Assembly (NCBI RefSeq): GCF_964204645.1
Contig: NC_134029.1
Span: 7,280,850 to 7,344,849, forward strand
DNA from: Tubulanus polymorphus
Lineage: Eukaryota > Animalia > Nemertea
Length of the DNA: 64,000 nt
Direction: 5' to 3'
A program made the position numbers and the translations under genes. Position 1 is the first letter of the stretch, and each line of letters begins with the position of its first letter. Shown here in pieces: positions 48,691-59,173 of this stretch. The notes beneath the pieces are model-generated. The model worked only from the letters and a program-made list of their open reading frames with translations, was not told the origin of the DNA and ran no database searches.

Positions 48691-49735
48691 TTTGTCGTAA
48701 AATAACAATTGCAAGCAAAAGCGCGCGTGTAAAAGCGATTTCACGTGTAGTGAAAACTGATGCTAACACAGCAACGCGGCAACAGCTACCTAGCAACTGA
48801 TTCGTGACATACATCATTACGACGTAACCAACCACGGAAATTACCGACAGCTGCCGGGAACCAGCGTATATTTCTCAGTTACTAACATTAAACAAATTGA
48901 CGGTTTAAGATTATTTCTTTGATTATCGTGGCCTATATATAATAATCTACTAGACTTATCTAAGTAATCCAGCAATTTAATCTACGAAAAAGCAGTGAAT
49001 CCAACCAGATTAAAAAACCCAAAGTATTTTATCCTGTGTCATAAGTCGTACCGATGTGTTTTATTCACATATCGAATCAACAAATTACAATATGTGTTAT
49101 TTTCTATGCAAACATTATCAAAATATATTCACATAATAATCATAGGCTATGCTGTAATTGCACAAAAGTTTTAACATCTAAATGAAACTCGTCGATCAAG
49201 GTTGCATTGGGTTCGCTTCGGGTGGTGGCAAAGCTTCTCACAGGTGAATAATAACCTCGCCCGACCCTGACGATGTACTTAAGCCCTACGTGTACTCCTG
49301 AAGACTGATTCGGGTTTACTCAAGATTTCTCTGTACCGCTAGAGGCACGATAAAAAAGGCTTTTTACATTGGCCCTTTTTTGTTTTCAAAAATTCATTTG
49401 AATTCAAAAAATATTTTGTTTTCTCGCACGAGAATTCAAGACATGTTTGTTTTCTCACGAAAGACTTCAAAGGGATCTGCTTTCTCGCGTGAGAAATCGT
49501 GCCTTTAGTTTTTTCTTTTTGTAAACACATTGAAAGAGCCCATCCATGGTAATGGTGCAGTGTATCTTCAGTTAGTCAAGGGGGATTAGAGACGATGTAT
49601 TACGACAGTTATCGTTGGTCCCAATCTATAGAAACGAATAACAACTTATTCGTCGAGACTGCAGGAACAAACTAATAAACAATTTCTTAGAGAAACAGTT
49701 TATGGAATGTTGGAAGATTCTTAAACACTGATCTT

Positions 49736-51694
49736 TCAGTATTTACAGAAGCAATATTTTTGTAATTGCTGATTTTCCATACACGACGACTGATCGCCGT
49801 ATCTGTTAATTCGACTTATGTCTCCCATTACGCCAAAGCGTTGGCTATATTCGTCGTAACGAACTGTCGCTTCGAATAAAGCGTCACTCGGATCTACACG
49901 TATTGTTATCAGATATTCTATAAAGGTTTTCGCCCGATTTCCGTACATCACTGTGCGTCCGATTACGTCCATGAGACTTTGCCGAAATCTCAAAACTCTG
50001 TCGTCTGCGCTCACTTGGCGCGCGTCCAATATTTGGTTCAGTGTCAATATTTCGCAGGTAGCGATTAAACTGGCACCTAAGATTTTATTGATGTGTTTTA
50101 CTAAAACCGAAGCTGCTTCTTTGACGTTTGGATGGTCGACACTGATGGGAGTTTGTTTGTGGCACGTGCACCAATGTGGTAATATACCAGCCCCTTTACA
50201 AGTTCTTTCTTCGGGAATTTCGTTGAATAGACTAATTGCGCGTTGACGAATATCGTTTATTTTGATATTATCTGGTTGAAAATTTAACAAATCTGCCAAT
50301 GTAGCGTGTATATCGAAAGGCGTTGTCAATCGGTTGGTGTTGATTTTCAAATTTCTCGAAATCGTCGGATATTTCTGATGAAACCATTTGGGTAATGCGA
50401 TGTACATGGCGGGTAAACGTTCCTCCAGTTTACCGACGTAAGTTTCTCTGAGTCCACCGAATCTTGCACCGTGATCGCTGAAATATAAAACTGCCGTGTT
50501 GTTTAAACGTCCAGCTTCGTGAAGCGACCTTAAAAACTCGAAATGGGGTTCGTCTGCGGCCCCCGCAAAATTGACGTCATCGTGAGTCAAACGCGTGATA
50601 AATGCGAACGAAAAGAACGGTTTGTTTTTGTTCGTATGAATGAAGCTTTTCACCCAGTCCAGTACAACCTCCGTTTCTAATTTGGAACCGACGCAACTGT
50701 GGTCGTTGAGCCATATGGATCCGTGGTCTTCCATAGCAAGACTCATCGGCCTCAAATAGTAATCAGTCGGTTGTTGATAAAAACCTTCTTTGTTATAGTT
50801 GAATATAGCGATTTTCGGAGCATCTTCGGCGAACAATGTACAATATCCATGCGACGAAAAATTCTTCCAAATAAAGTTGTAATCGTCAAACGGTTCCTCC
50901 GATTTGCTTTCATCCCACGGAAGTTCTTCAACAAATTTACCAACGAACATCGGTACCATATTTACAAACGTGTTATCAGCCACTTTGTTGTAACCATTCA
51001 ATTCATAACCATCCATATTTTCCAGCAAAAACTTCCGCGTCTTTGGCATCTGGCGAATAAAATTCAGTCGAGACATGGCATCGACTCCGATCGCCAGAAT
51101 GTTCAATGTTTCTTTTGGTTTTTGTGAAGAAACAAACTTTTCGAATTGCGTTGTACACCTTTCGTCCATGTGAATTCTCTTTTGCACGAAAGCGTGAAAA
51201 TTGACGTACATGATATCACCGGAAGTTGAATAGCAGGCGATACGGATAAAGTCTGCCGAAATAAAAGTGTCATTTCGTATTTGTCTGGGATCTAGTTCGT
51301 ACTGAAACATGTTATCACTCATCTCGTCCCCGCCGCGAATTATTGACTCGACAAAGCAATGATGTAGGGTGCTGTTGTAATTCAACGTAGCTGTCCAATT
51401 GAATCGTAACCAGGCCCCATCCACGTACGTTATCGGTGGGTCTGTCTCGCATTTCATCGGGTCGGTTTTCATGATGTGTCTAGATATACTCCTATCGAAA
51501 GGATCGATATCTGGTATTTTGCATCCGGGGGTGTTTACGAGGAACCCGTCTTCCTGGGGTCCATCCTCGACGACGTTGTATGGAATCCGATTCATTTCGT
51601 CGCTGACACGAGAATAGAACTTGACGCACCAAAACATGATGCACATGAATGACGCTATTACCATGCGCTTATTCATCCTACGATATATCGCCAT
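49736..51694 (-). CDS. DUF229 family protein (alkaline phosphatase/sulfatase-like fold), N-terminal membrane anchor, single coding exon
   Basis: Motifs VNTPGCKIP, GVDAMSRLNFIRQMPKT, GYNKVADNT, QPTDYYLRP, LTHD, SDHGARFG, LEERLP, RLTTPFDIHATL, ISRINRYG, KYCFC. The ATG at 51694 follows an acceptor tttcag at 51703; hydrophobic VIASFMCIMFWCV. Confidence 0.9.
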   Translation of the reverse strand: MAIYRRMNKRMVIASFMCIMFWCVKFYSRVSDEMNRIPYNVVEDGPQEDGFLVNTPGCKIPDIDPFDRSISRHIMKTDPMKCETDPPITYVDGAWLRFNWTATLNYNSTLHHCFVESIIRGGDEMSDNMFQYELDPRQIRNDTFISADFIRIACYSTSGDIMYVNFHAFVQKRIHMDERCTTQFEKFVSSQKPKETLNILAIGVDAMSRLNFIRQMPKTRKFLLENMDGYELNGYNKVADNTFVNMVPMFVGKFVEELPWDESKSEEPFDDYNFIWKNFSSHGYCTLFAEDAPKIAIFNYNKEGFYQQPTDYYLRPMSLAMEDHGSIWLNDHSCVGSKLETEVVLDWVKSFIHTNKNKPFFSFAFITRLTHDDVNFAGAADEPHFEFLRSLHEAGRLNNTAVLYFSDHGARFGGLRETYVGKLEERLPAMYIALPKWFHQKYPTISRNLKINTNRLTTPFDIHATLADLLNFQPDNIKINDIRQRAISLFNEIPEERTCKGAGILPHWCTCHKQTPISVDHPNVKEAASVLVKHINKILGASLIATCEILTLNQILDARQVSADDRVLRFRQSLMDVIGRTVMYGNRAKTFIEYLITIRVDPSDALFEATVRYDEYSQRFGVMGDISRINRYGDQSSCMENQQLQKYCFCKY

Positions 51695-54600
51695 TTTCGT
51701 TCCTGAAATATAGAGAAGAACAATTAAATTTCTACGCATATTATCATATTATGTATGTGGTATAACCCCCTGTTTCGCTCCCGGCAGGTGTGGTGGGTTT
51801 GTAAGGGACACCAAATCAAAACAAACCAAACGAAATCTACCAATCAAACAAATAACAGGGTCAATCTCTATTCTAAAATCAAAGATCTGATATATGGTTT
51901 TCACTTTTCTGTTACGTTTATCTTTTTTAAGGCTATGAAAAAGTGGCATTGCGTGAATTGAATGATGGACTATCGAATATTTCATCGAAATCCTATAGAT
52001 ATCGCAATCTTTTGTTCACTGTTCTTTTATAACATACGTATATAGCATTCGAATTCAAGCGTTAGGCACAAAGAGAATAAAAAGTGTACGTCAAAATGTA
52101 GAGCCCGTATCCGAAAAAAAAACAACCCAGGTGATAATAAGAAGGACCCGTGGAAGATGCCGAGGCACTTAACAGCAGGTCTTACTGCCGTTTAGAACTT
52201 AATATCGATGTATACACAGATAATGGTTTTTGTAAGAGAATTAACTCCTCCGTAACCCCGGGTGTTTCAGGTAATGGTTACCAATTACTGGTATTTTGAT
52301 ATATGTGATTTTGCTGTCTGTTTTCTCACACGTTGGATTTCCACGCGTGATGCGCTGCGGTTTATTTAATAGAGTTTAAAATACCCGTATAATTCACCGA
52401 TGAAATTTACGATCTAATAAGCTGCGTACTATAGCTCTGGTTCTTGCAGTTGTTTTCTGGTTATTTTCACGGCGGGAATGCTTCTTTCGTTATAGTTTGC
52501 GTATAGGCCCTATTATAATTTTTTCGTTTTCAAATTCTTCGCCGTCACATTTAGTGCCTCTCAGCCAAAGAAAAGATTCAGTAGCCGCAATAACGGGATA
52601 ATCAGTGAACAGCCTATACAAATTAGGATAACGAGCGATAAAACTGGCAAAAAGTCGGACTAAGGGACGAATGCGTGCATGAAACGACAGAGACACGGTT
52701 CAAGCCAACTTAGTAGAACAGATCAGTTTAAAACCCACTATCTACAAAATCTAAGCGATCAAAAGCAAGCAAAAACGTTCCGAATTCTCATTAGAGATAG
52801 ACCATCGTCGGGTATATGTAGTGGGTTCTAAACTTATTATCAATCGCTTGATTTACGTAGTTATTTTCAGCAAAGCGAAGCCATCGTATTTATCTTGCAC
52901 TTTTTCTTTCGATTTTTGCGTACGACGGAATAAATCCCGATTAGAAGAACGGTTTGATTCATTCATACGGGGAATTATCATCGGCTGCCTTTGTTGATTA
53001 ATCGTTCGCGCGCAGAACTGACTGCCACAAAGCCAATAAAGATTACACAAGAATGAGATTGTAAAATGTTTATACGTGAGTAAATAAATATCCCCGTTGC
53101 CGAAGATAGAGAAATAACTGACGCGCACGAATTGATGGAAAACAGCACGAAAAAGATACGCCAACATCAAGCTGCGTTTAGCGCGAGCGATACAACGTAA
53201 AATATCGGCACAAAAAATCAAGCCGATAGCAAAACATTGACGGCGATACCGATACTGAACTACTAATTGAAGGGTAATTGGCGTAAACCCCACAGGGTCC
53301 ATAGATAGGATGTCGATAAAATGGCATAAATGCGATCGAAGTGTGATAATAGAAAAAGGAAAAAAAAATACGTTACTTAAACAAAAACACTTTTTAACTC
53401 AATCCAGGCCCGTAAGCATGATTAAATCGGGGGCGGGGGGGGGTTCATGGGGGTAATCGAAGCCGGTACATTATGCGGCAATGGCTGGTGGTAGCCTGCA
53501 TCACAAGTGGGAGGAACTTGGAAAGAGATGTTAATGAGTAGATATTCAAAGATGTTCATTTGAATGTTGATAATCCAATAAGATTACAAAATTTGGAGGG
53601 CACATTTTTGGATAGGGGTTCGCGCGGACGTGGGAAACTGAATGCATTTCATTTGTTTCCAAATTCAATAGCTATACTGATTGCATTTTTTTCTAGAAAT
53701 TCATGATTAATCTGTAATAAGGTTTATTCTCAAATCAAAAGCAATATGATTAATCGGAGATGATCATTTTTTATTACACCGACTGTAGATTTTCCCAATC
53801 AAAAGAGTTGATGAACGCATAACAAATAAAATTCTTGAATTTCTTAATGAAATGCACTGCGACGACGAAGTTTCGATGTTTATAATCAGACCGGTATTTT
53901 ACCCGATGTTTACCCTATCCCGGGTTAACTCAACCGATTATAGATGATATACTTGCATTCACGATAGGGTTTTAAATTAGACAATTAAACTTCAAGGAGT
54001 GGACCAATGAAATAACAAAATTTCATTCTTTTAGAATGATACGGCTTTCCTCAGGCATTTATTTATGTTCATCGCCTTTTAGGTACACCAAGATATGGTC
54101 ATACGCTAATATAAGAATAATATCAACGCCATGGAAATGCGGGACGGGACGTCTATTTCCACGTCTATTGATTGGGGTATTCAGAGTAATAGTAGAAGTT
54201 TTATATCACTGTTTATGCAGAGAGAAGCCCCGGTAAGGTCGTGTTTATTGTTTCGGTTAATACTTTCTGATCAGATTGTTTGTGTTAATTCGGACTTGGA
54301 ATGTTCAGGTTGTAGACGAAGTCGGAACCGAATAGAAAAACATAAGTCCTCATTTGACTCCGAGATCAGATTTAAACCCTCAACGGCCGCCTCCGTAGAG
54401 GCAGATATATGTGTCTGTGTCTGTTGGCTTTGATACACATCGTGATTGTCATGAAAATTAACAGAAAATGATTAAGAAAATGCTTTTAAACAAGTTCTTA
54501 GGTTCATTATATTTTATCAGGGTTCGTTAAAAATATAATCGAGACCGATTCCCCGAATACGTACCGGACCAGTGCATAGGTCAGTTCCGCACAGATCACG

Positions 54601-57600
54601 ATAGATTTAGATAAATGTAAGGGAGTAGATTTTGAAATAACAATTACATTGATAAATACATGCTAATAATGAACAATCGAACATCCAGTTTGAACATTCA
54701 TAGTATACATGATAAGTTGTGAATCGAATATATTCGAATTTTTCCTAAATCCTTATTATTGTATATGAACACGTTTATACTTACGTTCTAAGGCTCCGCT
54801 CAATTCGGTATTTTATCTTATGCGGTCTCCAAAAATCCTCCTTAATTCGATACAATCACTGCGAACAAACTGAAGAAAACCTTGTGTATTCACTCTTTCT
54901 CTGTAACAAAAGCGTTTTTAGTCGACAGAATCGTTGAGTAGACTGACTCTCCGACTCACGCGTGTGTGATATTACACAGACTCAACTTTCATCATCGTTT
55001 TACCCTTCACCCTCTCCAGTATAGGCTTTTTGATAACAACAACGAGAAGATTAAATCGTGCAGGTGAAAGTGCATCCAGCCAACTAACCCTACCGAGAGA
55101 CGAATATTCGACGATAAGTGAACGTAAGTTCTCGTGATTCGAACTTTCGGAAACTAACCAATCGGCGCAGCGCAGGACGAGAGATCGCGGAAAAAGTACT
55201 ATTCTAACCTTTCAGTCATTTCACTGGCAAAACCGTGGATGTTCATGGCAAAACCAACCACAGACGATTGAATCCTCACCATCTATCAATTCACTAACCA
55301 GTCGCTCTGGCGCAATACTCCGAGGCTAATTCCCCGTGATCACTATTTTAAACCTGTATCGTCTCATTTCATCCATCAAGTATATCAAATCAATTGTTTA
55401 ATTGTTTCTTTCTTTTTTTTTGGGGGGGGGGCGGGGGTAACAGTCACCACTTGGCTAGGTCCAAAGTCATTACAGCCTGTAGGCTCTGTGACTGCACCCT
55501 CAATTTATTGATGTAAACTCTGCATTTAATTTTTCATATCATTGCTGTCTTTAAGTAAAAAATGAATCATTATCATTATACTTCGTCGGTGTTATACATA
55601 TATACTTTAGAGAAATATATCACTGTGTAACCTTAGTCCGTGATTTTCCTTGCAATGTCTTCAATAAAGTTTTGGTTTTCACATGCACATACAACCAAAA
55701 AGGTCGAACTTCAAAGGTTAGCATAAATTGTTGCCTTGCGGCTATTTTGATAAAGTTTATGTGATGGTTCACGCGGCGCCTCTGTTACGGCGTTCCACGG
55801 TTATGGGACAAGACATGAAAGAAGTGGATTCGTTCTCCACTTACAGGCGGGTATGAAAAAATTTTACCGGGTTAGATTTGGAATACCAAATAGCTTGTTG
55901 TGGGGTAACATCAATCAAGACTACGGTTTTAAACTTCTAATTGTATAATAGGTTGTACTTTTGGATTGAGTAGTGATTGAATGGAACGTCTCAAAAAACA
56001 AAGCGTGATAAGGTAAGGATTAGTAATATCTCAGTTTTGACAAGTAAAGTAACGGTTTACGTAGCGTATCGAATGTTCAATCTTGTTAATCAGCATAGTT
56101 CGGCAACTGTGCCAGAGATTCGGGAGCGCACCTGCAGTATAACCGCGGTATAGTCCATCAGATACGGTGTAAACAAATAGCCCCGCAATTAAAACTAGCA
56201 GGTACGTCTTTATCTGCGCATAAATATCGTAAAGGTGTATTCTCGGCTACAGGTTCGGCGTGGTCATAATTAATCCGAGATGTCTATTCCTAGAAGACTC
56301 GTACAGCGATTTCGTATTATCTGATCTTGAGCTGAGTAACTGATATCTCAATTCTGTTCGTAATTAGGATGTGATGGTCACGCCATTTTACATACACTCG
56401 CATGTGACGAGATAGCTAGGAATTTTCAAGGGCGGTTCTTTGTTGCAAGATCGCAACTTTTCCTTTAAAAAAGTATGTCTCACGAAACAACGTTCTTTTT
56501 ATGATTTTACGGTATGGTAAACTTGTCTGGTATTGAGAAAATTTGAATATGGTGAACCAAGATAACAACGAAAATGTATAATTCCTCGCAACAACCGTTA
56601 TTAATTTCTACATTTCAGAGGATATTGTATGAAACATATCTATTTGCATGAATTCAGAATAATTATCATTCGCACAAACAATGTTGCGCTACGTACGTAC
56701 GCACCACATCGTAACATTGTATTCTATAAAACATGAATGATCAAGATGCCAGGAGGAAAGTTTTTTGTGTTGTTTTTGCTGAGTGGCACTTTACACTTGG
56801 TCGGAAATCTGAATGACGGTTTTATCGGAAAACAGGGAAATAGTGCGATGCAACATGTTTCCTTGAACGATCTCGGGTTTCTATGGACCATCGAAAACAT
56901 CATTTTTGTTACGTTCTTACGTTCTTCTAGATGCATTTATCCCAGCATCATCATAAGAATATTGAAATATTTTGTTGTAAAATCAAATTTGGGGATTTTT
57001 ACCGGGGTATTATTACTTGTTACCAAATAGACGAGATCCCCTTTTACAACACACGACTCCCATGAGTTTCGATTGCTCAGCCCACTGTCGATGGCCTTGC
57101 GTTTTGTTTGAAATTCGAAACCTCGACGGCGTATTTAAGCAAACTTCGAAATTAACGGTTAAGATGAGTTATTTGTATTCAAAGAACTTCGAGCGGAGAA
57201 CAAAGCTTATTTTCAGCAGGATTTTAACGTAATTTGATACAGATCGAAAAAAAACTCCATGTACACAAAATGATGGAAAACTAGCCGCAAAAAGTATAGA
57301 ATCCTATGTTTCTGTTCACTCGGCAGAAAGTTACAATCCAGGCGCGCGTGCGATTATTTTCAATCGTTCTTTTTCGCGTGCATACTTTAGTGAATGGGTT
57401 ATGTAAACTCGATACATAACTGTTAGATACATCGTAATAACGTTGTTTTTAGTTGCGATTCTACTCAGCCGGAGACAACCCTCATCAATCACTGTTTTTA
57501 CCCCCACGAATAGCTCTCTCGTCCGGCCTTCATGACGTTTCTTCCTTTCAAATATCTTGTCTTTTTCGATCGAAATTGATTAATGGTCCGATCACGTTGG

Positions 57601-58062
57601 TAGAATTGATGCCAGTCTGAGAGTTCCAATCTAAATAGTGAAAGAATGAAAAAATGAGATATGCTCCGTTATCTGTTATTTTTCAAAGGGAATCTAGTGA
57701 GGTTCCAGTTTTCTCTTCTTATAACAAGATAAAATCACTGCGCCAGAATTTCCTTTCTTATAGTGAATTATTATATTGCCTTTCCAGTGATCTGATTGAA
57801 ATAACCGGTACATGTTTACAATCTAAGTAATAAACGAATATCATATATTGCCAGATGTTTCTCTACAAAATCAACTGAATTCTATATCGGTTGTACTCGC
57901 TGAACATAATGTATATTCTCCACGGCTGTAAAAATGAGTTCTATTTATTACGTCAACTGAAAAGGAAAATGAAACCCTGATTTGGTTTTGCAGGTGATGA
58001 TCCTTAATGAGTTCTTCGACGTTCAGGTGAAATAATATGAGTCAGGCCAATGCAATGAATGA

Positions 58063-58106
58063 ATATCTCTTACGAGATATTCGTATATCTCTTACGAGAT
58101 ATTCGT
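58063..58106. repeat. 22-bp tandem duplication
   Basis: (atatctcttacgagatattcgt)x2. Confidence 0.8.
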
Positions 58107-59173
58107 ACCAGAAATATCAATTCAAAACTGTGGAAGGGACCCAGTTCCAGAGTTTTGGGTTGATATTTCACCTAGTCCTGTGAAAGTGGTTGTATCCGCA
58201 GTGATCGCCGTCACTCTACGGTCCTGTATCGGTACCCATGTTACGTGCGCGGTAACACTAGGTTCTTGGGGAAGGTTCACATTTGATTCTAGAATTAAAA
58301 CACTTGGATTTATTTAAATTCAACACTCGAGTTAAATTAACCGTGAACCATGGAATCGGGTGCTGGCCATTTATCTTATTTGCTCTTAGCTACGATTAGT
58401 CCATTTTAACTTAGTACGCTCCACCTTGGTCACAACGATTTTTGCAGACTTTGCGTGCCGCTCGGTGTCGACGCCAAGGACAATAAAAAAACATCTAACC
58501 AGCCAACAATGTACCTGTCAACCAACTACTTTCATTAATTTTCTATTGATGTAAGTTACCGGATAGTAATAGCTATTTGGACAAGAAATACAAATGGTTA
58601 CGCGAGTCCATGTCAATCTTCCTTCGAGTGTTTTCTATGTTTTTCAACGTATATTTTTCTAAGCTCAGGACAAACATCCACCAATCCGGAAAATTGTTAT
58701 TCGCCAAGTGAGTGTAGGCTACAATGATTGGAATTTCTCGTAGAAAGGCCGCAGGAATCTCTTTCATCGGGAGAAAAAAAATACAATATCCTCGATTTAT
58801 TTGTTCAGCCAAAAAACCATGGTTATTTTTGACCTAGAGCAAACCGAAAAAAAACTCAACTTCGGCTGCGATAGATGTTATAGTTTAACCATCGTAGAAG
58901 TGCTAAATTTGAGACCCCGAACTGCGATAAAGTGCAAAAAGGGTTATCTTATCTTAAATTAATTTATTATTCTAATAAACATCGCTTTCCAGGTTCGGCC
59001 CTCCCGCCATAGCCACACCAACGCCTTTTGTTCAATCAGCCTTGTACGTAATGTAGTGAACACTAATATTGTGACTTACAGGTGCTGCCACCAGGCGGAT
59101 AATCGATTTTGACAGAAACCAGGAAGTTGATTTTTTCTGATGGGAAAGCAACCAAAATATCATTGAGAAAGCG

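Larger units (their letters stand above)
14161..48918. repeat. Head-to-tail tandem array of nine near-identical units of 2856-2876 bp; unit 6 is interrupted by ~9 kb of retroelements
   Basis: The marker GATCCCGGTCT recurs at 14171, 17043, 19909, 22785, 25641, 28501, 40335, 43206 and 46070, and the same ORF set repeats in the track. Confidence 0.97.

Noticed and set aside
14161-48918. Array unit as a Helitron, satellite or other transposon
   Set aside because: No transposase/Rep-helicase coding, no TIRs and no consistent 3' hairpin-CTRR end; the unit is explained by a spliced gene with promoter and polyA signal.
49260-49330. CTGACGA/CTGAAGA hammerhead-like boxes downstream of DUF229
   Set aside because: No correctly placed GAAA box after a stem.
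51695-51739. Upstream ATG of the 667-aa ORF (MRRNLIV...)
   Set aside because: It lies across a pyrimidine-rich acceptor (tttcag at 51703), so it is likely intronic.
52853-53302. 149-aa minus-strand ORF
   Set aside because: No recognisable motif; lies in the probable 5' intron of DUF229.
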